From Calditrichota bacterium (GTDB taxonomy: Bacteria > Electryoneota > B3-LCP): DNA of 64,000 nt. Location of the stretch: assembly GCA_020051775.1 (NCBI GenBank), contig JAGVQJ010000048.1, positions 2,556-66,555 on the forward strand, in the 5' to 3' direction. The position numbers and the translations under genes are program-made. Under the pieces are notes generated by a model. That model worked only from the letters and a program-made list of their open reading frames with translations, ran no database searches and had not been told where the DNA came from. The stretch's first letter is position 1. The number at the start of each line of letters is the position of its first letter. Shown here piece by piece: positions 19,718 to 29,458 of this stretch.

Positions 19718-20803
19718 ATGAAAAGAGCATTGTTCATCATCACACTACTGGTTTGCAGTATGGCCATCGGCCTCAGTGCAGCAGAAATCAACACGGCTGG
19801 GACTTTCTCGGGGAAAGCATTCTTCAGCTATAGCCATGATTTCACTGCCGATCGTGACTCAACTTCTGGGCAACCCAACGGTTTCTCGTTTTCGCGCATT
19901 TATTTCGGTTACGACCGCGACCTGGATGATAATTTCGGTATTCGCTTCCTGATGGACGTGGAAAATTCCGCTGGCGCCTGGCGTCCGTATATGAAGAACG
20001 CCTACATTTCGATGAAATGCAAATTGGTCGAAGGGAGTCGCTGGTACATCGGTATGGTTCCCACCGCCTTGACTAACGTACCGGAAGCGAGTTGGGGTTA
20101 TCGTTCGATAGCCAAAATGCCCATGGATCAATTCAGCGGCCTCTATCCCTCCGGCACCGTAAGGTCTTTCGGCTCCACCGCCGACCTGGGTCTATACTGG
20201 AACGGGAGTTTAATGGAGAAAGCGCTACTAGTTGAGTTCAACCTCCTGAACGGCGCCGGATACAAGGCCGTAGAGAACGACATGTTCAAGAAAGTGAATC
20301 TGCGGCCCAGTCTGTTCCTGTTAGACAAAGCCATAACGGTATCAGCCTATGGCAGCTACGAAACCGTAAATGATAGCTCGAACGCCCTGGTTGTTTCCGG
20401 AATGGTTGGATTTGCTCATAAGATCAATGAAGTGGCAGTCCGCGTTGGAGTAGAGTATTCTCTCCAAAGCCTAAGCGAAAAACTCCCGCCCGATCCCGGT
20501 TCGACAGACAACAAGAGCCTAAACAGTACGGCGTTGGCGGCCTGGGCGGTAGTGGATGCCACCACAAAGTTAAGCGTTTTGGGACGCTTCGACATCTACG
20601 ATCCCAACATTGATGCGGATGCCAAGGACGATCAGATCATGTACATCGTCGGCGGAGTGGATTTCCATCCCATCAAGAATTTCCGCATCATCCCCAATGT
20701 GCAGATGCAAACCTTCCAGGTGGAGGATAATGCGGCTACCCTCATGGTGGATGAAAGCAAGCCGATCAATACCGCTTTCGTCACCTTTGAGTATAGCTGG
20801 TAA
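19718..20803 (+). CDS. Outer-membrane porin, probably phosphate-selective (OprO/P-like)
   Basis: Signal peptide, FSFSRIYFGY and YMKNAYI strands, C-terminal aromatic EYSW; first gene after the Pho boxes. Confidence 0.7.
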   Translation: MKRALFIITLLVCSMAIGLSAAEINTAGTFSGKAFFSYSHDFTADRDSTSGQPNGFSFSRIYFGYDRDLDDNFGIRFLMDVENSAGAWRPYMKNAYISMKCKLVEGSRWYIGMVPTALTNVPEASWGYRSIAKMPMDQFSGLYPSGTVRSFGSTADLGLYWNGSLMEKALLVEFNLLNGAGYKAVENDMFKKVNLRPSLFLLDKAITVSAYGSYETVNDSSNALVVSGMVGFAHKINEVAVRVGVEYSLQSLSEKLPPDPGSTDNKSLNSTALAAWAVVDATTKLSVLGRFDIYDPNIDADAKDDQIMYIVGGVDFHPIKNFRIIPNVQMQTFQVEDNAATLMVDESKPINTAFVTFEYSW

Positions 20804-20873
20804 AGTAACACGAAATTCATCGTAATAGGGCGGGTGATTGTCGCCCGCCCTCGTAATACTTGAAAGGGATTAT

Positions 20874-21923
20874 ATGTTAAAGGTTAGAGCATTGACATTC
20901 ATTGGCGCTTTCGTTCTTCTGGTTGGGATTCCAACAGTATGGAGCGCTGATTCAGCCATCAATGGAGCCGGCGCTACCTTTCCCGCACCGCTTTACATGC
21001 AATGGGCCTACAAGTACAATCAGATTAACCCTGGGATCAGGATTAACTACCAGTCCATTGGATCCGGCGGTGGGATTCAGCAAATCAAGAGCAAGACTGT
21101 GGATTTCGGCGCCTCGGATGCACCGCTGAAAAAAGCGGAGTTGGATTCCTTCGGTTTGATCCAGTTCCCCATGGTAATGGGAGGCGTGGTTCCGGTGATT
21201 AACTTGTCGGGATTTCAAGCGGGTCAATTGAATTTGGATGGTCCGATTCTGGCTGCTATCTTTCTCGGTAAGATCGCGAAATGGAATGATCCTGCCATCA
21301 CAGCGCTGAACCCTGAAATGAAGCTCCCGGATAAAGCTATCGGCGTAGTCCATCGTTCCGATGGATCGGGTACCACCTGGATTTTTACCACGTATCTGGC
21401 CGGAGTCTCACCCGAATGGAAGGAAAAGGTCGGTGCAGACAAAGCCGTCTCCTGGCCAACAGGGACCGGCGGCAAAGGTAATGAAGGTGTATCGGTCACC
21501 GTCCAACAGATATCGGGCTCAATCGGGTACGTTGAATATGCCTACGCCTTGCAGAACAAGATGACTTACACCCAGTTGAAAAGTCACGACGGCGACTTTA
21601 TATCGCCCTCGCAGGAGTCATTCATGGCTGCCGCCGCCAACGCCGACTGGAAAAACGCACCCGGCTTTTACATGGTTTTAGTCAACCAACCCGGCCAGGA
21701 AAGCTGGCCCATTACCGGCGCCACCTTCATCTTGATGTATAAAAATCAATCCAAGGCCGATCTGAGCAAAACCATGCTCACCTTCTTCGACTGGTGTTTT
21801 CAACATGGAGACGACCAGGCCCAGAAACTCGATTATGTTCCCATGCCTGACAACGTCGTTAAAATGGTGGAAGACGAGTGGAAGGCCGTTGTACGCTCTA
21901 ATAATCAGCCCCTTTGGCCCTGA
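20874..21923 (+). CDS. pstS: Phosphate ABC transporter substrate-binding protein
   Basis: GAGATFPAP, YQSIGSGGG, DFGASD, RSDGSGTT; start moved to ATG 20874. Confidence 0.96.
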   Translation: MLKVRALTFIGAFVLLVGIPTVWSADSAINGAGATFPAPLYMQWAYKYNQINPGIRINYQSIGSGGGIQQIKSKTVDFGASDAPLKKAELDSFGLIQFPMVMGGVVPVINLSGFQAGQLNLDGPILAAIFLGKIAKWNDPAITALNPEMKLPDKAIGVVHRSDGSGTTWIFTTYLAGVSPEWKEKVGADKAVSWPTGTGGKGNEGVSVTVQQISGSIGYVEYAYALQNKMTYTQLKSHDGDFISPSQESFMAAAANADWKNAPGFYMVLVNQPGQESWPITGATFILMYKNQSKADLSKTMLTFFDWCFQHGDDQAQKLDYVPMPDNVVKMVEDEWKAVVRSNNQPLWP

Positions 21924-21932
21924 TCCAATTCT

Positions 21933-22865
21933 GTGAAATCTACGCGGAAAACTGCCCGGCGCAAAGGTGATTCTACTTTCAAGGGAATCACCTTTGCTGC
22001 TGCTCTGGCCATTCCCCTGCTGATGGCGGGGATACTGGTCGAACTCATTCGTAACTCGAGGTTGTCGCTAGCAGAGTTCGGATTGGGTTTCCTGACCAGC
22101 AACGTATGGAATCCAGTTTCCGGTCAATTCGGCGCTTTGAGCAGCGTGTTCGGCACCGCCATGTCCACAGCTATCGCCATGGTCATTGCCGTTCCTTTAG
22201 GTTTGGTGATTGCCCTTTTTCTGGTGGAACTGGCTTCGCCCCGTGTCAGCGCTTTTTTCGGCACCGCCATCGAACTTCTGGCCGCCATCCCCAGTATCAT
22301 CTACGGCATGTGGGGGTTGTTCATCTTCGCTCCCTTCATGGCAAATTACGTGCAACCCTTATTTCAGAAAACCCTGGGGTTTCTGCCGCTCTTTCAAGGC
22401 CCACCCTTGGGAATCGGCATCCTGACGGCCGGCATTATTTTAGCCTTCATGATTCTGCCCTATATCAGCTCGGTGACACGGGACGTTTTCGGTATGGTGC
22501 CGGTGGTCGTCAAAGAGGCCGCCTACGGTATCGGCGCCACCAACTGGGAGGTGACCCGGGGCGTCACTTTACCGTATTCGTTGCGCGGGATTGTGGGAGC
22601 AGGGTTTCTGGGCCTGGGTCGCGCGCTGGGGGAAACCATGGCGGTGACTTTTGTCATCGGCAATAATCACCATATTTCGGCTTCACTGTTTGCCAGCGGC
22701 AATTCTATTGCTTCTACCTTGGCAAACGAATTCACGGAAGCTTCTGAACCGCTCTACTTAAGTTCACTGGTGGAGTTAGGTCTGGTATTATTCTTGATCA
22801 CGGTTATATTTCAGGCCGCCGCCCAAGGGTGGTTATGGAGTATTCGTAAAAAACTGGCAACGTGA
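21933..22865 (+). CDS. pstC: Phosphate ABC transporter permease
   Basis: ELLAAIPSIIYG, KEAAYGIGAT and GRALGETMAV motifs. Confidence 0.95.
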   Translation: MKSTRKTARRKGDSTFKGITFAAALAIPLLMAGILVELIRNSRLSLAEFGLGFLTSNVWNPVSGQFGALSSVFGTAMSTAIAMVIAVPLGLVIALFLVELASPRVSAFFGTAIELLAAIPSIIYGMWGLFIFAPFMANYVQPLFQKTLGFLPLFQGPPLGIGILTAGIILAFMILPYISSVTRDVFGMVPVVVKEAAYGIGATNWEVTRGVTLPYSLRGIVGAGFLGLGRALGETMAVTFVIGNNHHISASLFASGNSIASTLANEFTEASEPLYLSSLVELGLVLFLITVIFQAAAQGWLWSIRKKLAT

Positions 22866-23761
22866 TGGAACCACAACCCACAAATGTCGAGCGTTTGACC
22901 AAAGTCATGGAATTGCAGCCACTGGGCAAACGTCATCTCTTCAATAATATCGTGAAAGTTGTTTCCAGCCTGGGCGCAGCCCTCGGGTTAGCCGCTCTGT
23001 TGTGGATTCTGTTCACTGTTATCCACAAGGGTGTCGGAGCATTAAATTGGAACTTTTTCACCGCACTGCCCACACCGCCGGGAATCGAAGGCGGGGGGTT
23101 GGGCAGCGCCATCCTGGGGACCCTGATTATGACCGCTTTGGCTGCGGTTATCGGCATCCCCTTGGGGATGCTGGCGGGGATTTATCTGGCTGAATTTGGT
23201 CGAGGCACGAAGGTGGCGACGGCCGTTAGGTTTGTAACTAATATTCTCATCGGTGTGCCGTCTATCATCATAGGCGTATTCGTCTACACACTGGTCGTGG
23301 CGCCCAGCCATACCTTTTCCGGGTACGCCGGCGCCATAGCCTTAGCCGTGATCATGCTCCCGGTGGTCGTCCGCACGACCGAAGATATGCTCTCCCTTGT
23401 TCCTAATGCCTTGCGCGAGGCGGGGTTGGCGTTGGGAACGCCCCACTGGCGCGTAATCTTGAATATCGTCTTTCGGGCTGCTCGCAATGGTCTTTTAACC
23501 GGCGTGCTCTTAGCCGTCGCCCGGGTCAGCGGAGAAACCGCTCCCCTGCTCTTCACCGCGTTGAACAGCAACTACTGGCTCCATTCCTTGCATGAACCGT
23601 TAGCCAATTTGACGGTGACCATTTTCAGCTTTGCGATGTCACCCTACGCCGACTGGAAGAGTATGGCCTGGGGAGCTTCGTTGCTGATTACCGCAAGCGT
23701 GCTGGTGCTGACCATTATCGCCCGACTGGTCGTTCGCGGACGCTCCAAAGCAAGATCGTAG
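22862..23761 (+). CDS. pstA: Phosphate ABC transporter permease
   Basis: GVPSIIIG, REAGLALG and ARVSGETAPLL motifs. Confidence 0.95.
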   Translation: MMEPQPTNVERLTKVMELQPLGKRHLFNNIVKVVSSLGAALGLAALLWILFTVIHKGVGALNWNFFTALPTPPGIEGGGLGSAILGTLIMTALAAVIGIPLGMLAGIYLAEFGRGTKVATAVRFVTNILIGVPSIIIGVFVYTLVVAPSHTFSGYAGAIALAVIMLPVVVRTTEDMLSLVPNALREAGLALGTPHWRVILNIVFRAARNGLLTGVLLAVARVSGETAPLLFTALNSNYWLHSLHEPLANLTVTIFSFAMSPYADWKSMAWGASLLITASVLVLTIIARLVVRGRSKARS

Positions 23762-23767
23762 GAATTC

Positions 23768-24604
23768 ATGGTAACTGATGAAAAGCTATATTCCGTACTG
23801 GACGGCATACAGCGACCCGAAATACGTCAGAACTCTGACTCGCCAAGCGACGAAATCGAAATCGCCACTCGCGGTTTGAATTTCTTCTACGGCCGGCAGC
23901 AAGCACTGTTCGACAATAACATAGACATCCTTCGCAATCGAATCACCGCCATCATCGGACCTTCCGGGTGCGGGAAATCCACGCATATTCGCACCTACAA
24001 CCGCATGCATGAGCTATACCGCGATCAGCATGCCACGGGGGAAATTATCATGGGTGGTGTGAATATTCTCTCTACAGAGGTGGATACCATAGACTTGCGG
24101 CGCCGCATCGGGATGATCTTTCAAAAACCCAGCCCTTTTCCCATGAGTATATTCGACAACGTGGCTTACGGCTTACGGGTCAACTACCGCCTGAAGGGTG
24201 GCGAATTGGCGGAAAGAGTGGAGCAGGCTTTGCAACGAGCCGCTCTTTGGAATGAAGTCAAAGATAAGCTGGAGGAACCCGGGACAGCGCTTTCCGGCGG
24301 ACAGCAACAACGCTTGTGCATCGCGCGCAGCATTGCCATCGAACCTGAAGTGTTGCTCATGGACGAACCCGCCTCGGCTATTGATCCCATTGCCACAGCC
24401 AAGATCGAAGACTTGATGTTCGAGCTGAAAAAGAACTATACCATTGTCATCGTTACGCACAGCATGCAACAGGCTGCTAGAGTTTCCGATTATACGGCGT
24501 TCTTTTTAAACGGACATATTGTGGAATATGGGGTAACCAAGAATTTATTCACCAATCCCAGGATGAAGCAAACACAAGACTATATCACCGGAAGGTTTGG
24601 ATAG
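23768..24604 (+). CDS. pstB: Phosphate ABC transporter ATP-binding protein
   Basis: [36 protein letters not shown]-terminus. Confidence 0.97.
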   Translation: MVTDEKLYSVLDGIQRPEIRQNSDSPSDEIEIATRGLNFFYGRQQALFDNNIDILRNRITAIIGPSGCGKSTHIRTYNRMHELYRDQHATGEIIMGGVNILSTEVDTIDLRRRIGMIFQKPSPFPMSIFDNVAYGLRVNYRLKGGELAERVEQALQRAALWNEVKDKLEEPGTALSGGQQQRLCIARSIAIEPEVLLMDEPASAIDPIATAKIEDLMFELKKNYTIVIVTHSMQQAARVSDYTAFFLNGHIVEYGVTKNLFTNPRMKQTQDYITGRFG

Positions 24605-24612
24605 GAGATAGC

Positions 24613-25272
24613 ATGTCCGTTCACCTGCAACGGGAAATCGAAAAATTAAAACGGAAAGTTCTGACCATGAGCGCGATGGTTCAGGACACTATCACCGAAG
24701 CGGTTCGGGCCTTAAAGGAACGAGATGCTCGGTTGGCGGAAAAGGTCATTGAGTCAGACAACCAGATTGATCATCTGGAATTGGACATTGAGGAGGATTG
24801 TCTAAAGATCCTGGCTCTATACAATCCGGTAGCTACGGATCTTCGCTTCGTTATTACCGTCCTCAAGATCAACAACGACCTGGAACGCATGGCCGATTTG
24901 GCGGTGAATATTGCCGAAAGATCCAAATATCTGGCCGTGCAACGAAATATCAAGATCCCAGCAGAACTATCCGAGTCAGCGGAAATCGTCCAGCAGATGC
25001 TGAAGGATACCCTGACCGCCTTAATTCAGGAAAATCCGTTGTTAGCTCGTGAGGTCATACAGCAAGACAACGCGGTTGACGACATTCACCGCCGGATGTA
25101 CTTTCTGGTGCAGAACAGTATGCGCGAGCATCTCGATCAGATCGAATGCCAAATCAGCCTGCTGACCGTGTCACGCAACTTAGAGCGCATTGCCGACCAG
25201 ATCACCAATATTGCCGAGGATGTCATTTATCTCGTTGAAGGGCACCTGGTTCGGCATGGTGGCCTCCTATAA
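24613..25272 (+). CDS. phoU: Phosphate signalling complex protein
   Basis: PVATDLR, DLERMAD and NLERIAD repeats. Confidence 0.95.
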   Translation: MSVHLQREIEKLKRKVLTMSAMVQDTITEAVRALKERDARLAEKVIESDNQIDHLELDIEEDCLKILALYNPVATDLRFVITVLKINNDLERMADLAVNIAERSKYLAVQRNIKIPAELSESAEIVQQMLKDTLTALIQENPLLAREVIQQDNAVDDIHRRMYFLVQNSMREHLDQIECQISLLTVSRNLERIADQITNIAEDVIYLVEGHLVRHGGLL

Positions 25273-25286
25273 GCACCGGGAATACG

Positions 25287-25322
25287 AAAAAAGCCTGCCT
25301 CGCTAATGGGGCAGGCTTTTTT
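25287..25322. terminator. Bidirectional intrinsic terminator
   Basis: AAAAAAGCCTGCCTC-gctaat-GGGGCAGGCTTTTTT between convergent genes. Confidence 0.85.
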
Positions 25323-25340
25323 ATAATCTGTTTGGCGTTT

Positions 25341-27964
25341 CTATGCTGGAACTTCCAATTCTGCATCCCACTCACTTGCCTCAGTTTCGATTGCCGAATC
25401 CGTTTCCGCTGAATAACATGGGAGATAAATCCGGAAGGTTGTACCCTTCTCAGTTTCGGATTGAACTTCAAACCGTGCGCGGTACTTCCGCATCAATTGA
25501 TGCGCGCTTGACAACCCCAACCCCGTGCCCACCGGTTCATCGCTGCGCTGCTGACCGGCCAACGGTTTGGTCGTGAAGAAAGGATCGAAGATTCGGTCCC
25601 GAATTTCAGGGTTTATGCCGCAGCCGGTGTCTGTCACTTCGATCATCATACTACTTTTAAGTGAAGAAGTCCTGACACTCAGCCATTTTTTGTCACTGGC
25701 GTGCATGGCATCAATGGAATTACGCACGATATTAAGAAAGGCCTGTGAAAAATCACTGTAGACGCCACGGATGGTGGGAAGATCAGGATCGAAGTTGTAG
25801 GACTTGTTAATCTCGTGCTTGAACGCCAAATCTGCATTCAGGAACTCCAGCTCTTCCGTCAGTAATTTGTTTAAATCAATTTCCTGCTCGTCTTGGCTCT
25901 GTTCCTGGCGGCTCTTGAAAAGCATATTATTGACTATAGCGCTGATGCGCAGAGCCTGTTCAAGCATATCATCCATATAGGGTAGGTCAGAATGAGTCAA
26001 TTTTAATAGCTCAATATGGGTGATAATGCCTTGCAGGGGTACGTTCACATTATGAGCAATGCCGGCGGCCAGTAAACCGATGCTGGCTAACTTAGATTGC
26101 TGCATCAGCTCCAATTGCAACTCCTTTTCCCGTGCTTGTTCTATTTTATGCTCGGTGATATCAATAACCGTTCCCTGAATAGTTCGAGGTTTATCATTGT
26201 CATTCGACACCAGGGAAGCATTTTCGAGAATCCATACTGAGGTACCATCTCGCCGGCGCAGATGGAATTCGTACTCTGTCAAAGACCCTTGCTCCTCCAA
26301 TCGCTTGATAAAAACTTCCCGATCCCCAGGATCTTGGAAGAAATCCTTGACGCTGGCGCCAATGACTTCAGAACGACAGGAGCATCCCAATATATGAGCA
26401 TACGCGTCATTGCAATCCAGAAATTTGCCCTCAACTGTCGAGCAGAACACTCCCGCTACACTGCGTTCAAATAGCATCCGGTATCGTTGTTCCGATAAAG
26501 CAAGTTCGTGTTCTATTCCCTTTGCACCGTAACGTCTTCCAGAATATACAGCCGCCCGATGTGTTCTCCCAGTTGATTTTTCACCTGGGAGCTCAAACAG
26601 CGAATGGTCTGGCCGTTGCGAAGCGGAATTTCGTCAATGATCTCTAATCGGGCTTTATCCCAATTTGATACGTCAAAGAATTCTTTAAATCTTTGACCTT
26701 CTATTTGCAAGGCAGAACACTGATTAATTACTTCCCCTGCGGAAATGTTCCGGCTGCGCAGTTCAGCTTCCAGGCTCTCAATTCCACAAATTTCGCAAAA
26801 GCGCCGATTGAAAAACAGTATATTTTCAGCACGAGTATCCACCATCAAGAAACCCAAAGGTGAAGAGTCGGACATGGAGCGCAGAAACGTTTCATTCAAC
26901 CGCAACTCTTCATTGGAATGTTCCAGTGTCGTGAGCAAGTGATTAATCGTCACTGCGAGACTGTGTAATTCATCGTCTCCTGCAGTGTAGACTCTGTTTC
27001 TTAAATCTGAGGGGTTGGCAATTTTACCAACTTGTTGAGTCAGATTCACCAAACGAGACAGAACAAGTTTTTCCATCAAGATGAAGATAACGATTCCAAA
27101 AGTTAAAGCAATCACAACAGTAGATAACGTAAAATACCACGCTGACAAAAGACCCTGCTTGTAAATGTCTCGCGGCATTATGATGCTCAAAACCAACTTA
27201 GATTGACCGAAGACATCCTTTATTATTGTATAACCTGCCACCGTTTCCTGATCAATTGGTTGGATGAATTCTTTAAAGTCACTCTCCTGAGAAGTTACGC
27301 CGATACTACCAGGTATCGGCGTAACCATTTTATCCCGATTGTAAATGTTTATCCTCATATGAGTGATTGTAGACAGATGCTGAGTGTACTGCTCATCCAG
27401 TTTGCGACCCATGATTAGTTGACCATGTGGAAAGCCTTCGGCATCGCTGGTCAGAATTGAATTTATGGATATAATTAGCGATTCAGACTCCGTGACTAAT
27501 ACCCCGTCACAATGGATAATGGCATTATTCAGTTGTAACCCGCATAATCTTTCCATCTCCTGGGCGATTTCCAGCGGCACAGGTATTTGGGAACTGCTGG
27601 AATCATCGTAGTACCGGGCATGCAGGATTTTCCCGGAATTCTTTACGAAAAATATATAATCAACATTCAAGTTTGTAAACGTTGTGGGGACAATGTTTGT
27701 CTCTATATAAGATTGGTTGGAATCAATCATAAACCGATAAGTGTCATCCCAATAGGCATAATCCCGGCATATTCTATCTAAAGCAGATAATTCATTGGTG
27801 AAGGCGTCGTGCGCGCGAGCCAAATCGCGATATACACTATTCTGTTCAATTTTTTTATTGTCGTTGATAAGTATATAATACGTGATAAGATACTGGCCGG
27901 CAATCAACGCCAGAATGACGCCACTGATGATCAATAGAGTTTTCTTACGCAGACCCACTGACAA
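25341..27964 (-). pseudogene. CHASE4-HAMP-PAS-PAS-HisKA-HATPase sensor kinase split by a 1-nt frameshift near 26515
   Basis: ORF 26513-27964 (DYAYWDDTY CHASE4, HAMP, PAS) stops at ...EDVTVQRE*. The -1 frame continues IEHELALSEQRYRMLFERS into ORF 25341-26477 (PAS, AGIAHNVNVPL, FDPFFTTK, GTGLGLS). Confidence 0.75.
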
Positions 27965-28171
27965 GCCCTTTTTTATTTATCCACAAGGAAAGGGGCACAG
28001 AGTATACCTTTTATGCGAATCGAGTAATATAATATTTAACAACTTAAACAAATACAAGTGGATTATTTTTAATTCTGACCCAACACCATTGACATCCTGG
28101 ATATGGTACATTTTTGTTAAGTTAAGCAAACTTCAGATGGTAACTCTGAGTCCTAAGCGATTATCAGACAC

Positions 28172-28198
28172 AAAAAAGGGCGCCGCGCAGGACGCCCT
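28172..28198 (-). terminator. Intrinsic terminator ending the cytochrome operon
   Basis: Minus strand AGGGCGTC-ctgcgc-GGCGCCCT followed by TTTTTG. Confidence 0.75.
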
Positions 28199-28219
28199 CA
28201 GTAAGCAATGATTATCGGC

Positions 28220-29458
28220 TTATTTACCTTTATGACACTGCACGCACAGTTCGCGATTGCCTTCTAAAGGTAGTAAAGGATTGGCTTTGGCAAGGTGAAT
28301 CTGGTGGCAACTGATACAGGTCATGGGTTTCTGGGTGCGGGGATCCACGGCGCCGGAACCCAAGGGGTGGGTAATCTGGTGTTGATGCTTATGGCAATTG
28401 CTGCACAGAGCAATAGATTCATCTGCCAGAAACCGTTCCTGATCGGAGCCATGCGGAACGTGGCAAGAGGTGCAATTCTGGTCGCCGTGTGGAGACCCTT
28501 TATAATCTTCTGTGAAGCCCGTCACAGTCCCATGGCAGCCGAAACAGAGTGACTTTTGATCCGTCTTCAGCAGCGGAGCATCGCCGGCTGCATGAGGATT
28601 GTGGCAGGTCGTACATTCATTCTTATCCGGCGGCACATGGCGATACAGTGACGTGTAACTCTGAGCAATCTCCTTATGGCAACTCTGACACAAATCGTTC
28701 ATTTTTCCTTTCAGTGCGAAACCCTTTCCCTGTGCTGATTGCAGGTTGCTGTGGCAAGCCTGGCAGTTGTTGGCGGCGAAGGGATTGTGCTGCATGGGCA
28801 TAAGAAGACCCTTGCTCTTGGAGCCATGTGGGTTGTGGCACGCGGTGCAGTTCGCGCCGCGTAAGTCGTAACCTTTATGTACGGTGGAAAAGCGAGTATC
28901 AATTTTGTGGCAACTCGAGCAAAGTGTGTAGACGTCCTTCTTCGTCAAGTCGTCGTGTTCCGAACTATGGGCGTCGTGGCAAGTTGTGCATGATCCGTTG
29001 ATCATCGGATCATGCTTAACAGGGCTGGACAACCAACCCTTAGCCTGTTCATGGCAACTGATGCAGACCTCTCGGATCGGCGCGCGGAGCTGATCGGCAT
29101 ACTGCGAGGCGTGAGCGTCATGACAACTCAGGCATTCCCCCTTGGCCACCGGATCGTGAACCACGGGTTTGTCCAGCTTGGCGGCTTCTTCGGAATGGCA
29201 ACCATAACACACGTTTTTTGTTTCATCTTGCAGCAGCGCGTTGTGCCGGGCAGCGTGAGGATTGTGGCACTGCGAGCATTTTCCGTCGGTTTTCAGCGGA
29301 GTATGCACATGCTTGCTGCTCAGAGTCTGCTTGAAGGTATCGTGGCATTGCAGACAGACCTGCGGCTCATTCACCTGCACCTGCGAAAAGGCTGAAGTTA
29401 CGAGCAGCCAGGTGGCGGCCAAAAGAGAGGCACCGATATGTTGAAGCGTTTTGGTCAT
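28220..29458 (-). CDS. Periplasmic 16-heme cytochrome c (paired CXXCH/CXXCHxPH repeats)
   Basis: 16 CXXCH counted; start MTKTLQ at ATG 29458 (ATGA overlap with the upstream stop); signal peptide ...SAFSQ. Confidence 0.92.
   Translation of the reverse strand: MTKTLQHIGASLLAATWLLVTSAFSQVQVNEPQVCLQCHDTFKQTLSSKHVHTPLKTDGKCSQCHNPHAARHNALLQDETKNVCYGCHSEEAAKLDKPVVHDPVAKGECLSCHDAHASQYADQLRAPIREVCISCHEQAKGWLSSPVKHDPMINGSCTTCHDAHSSEHDDLTKKDVYTLCSSCHKIDTRFSTVHKGYDLRGANCTACHNPHGSKSKGLLMPMQHNPFAANNCQACHSNLQSAQGKGFALKGKMNDLCQSCHKEIAQSYTSLYRHVPPDKNECTTCHNPHAAGDAPLLKTDQKSLCFGCHGTVTGFTEDYKGSPHGDQNCTSCHVPHGSDQERFLADESIALCSNCHKHQHQITHPLGSGAVDPRTQKPMTCISCHQIHLAKANPLLPLEGNRELCVQCHKGK

Noticed and set aside
26513-26515. 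TAG readthrough (pyrrolysine) or programmed -1 frameshift joining the two kinase ORFs
   Set aside because: The downstream ORF is not in frame with the TAG. The AAAGGGA heptamer is in the wrong phase for canonical X XXY YYZ slippage, so a 1-nt deletion is simpler.
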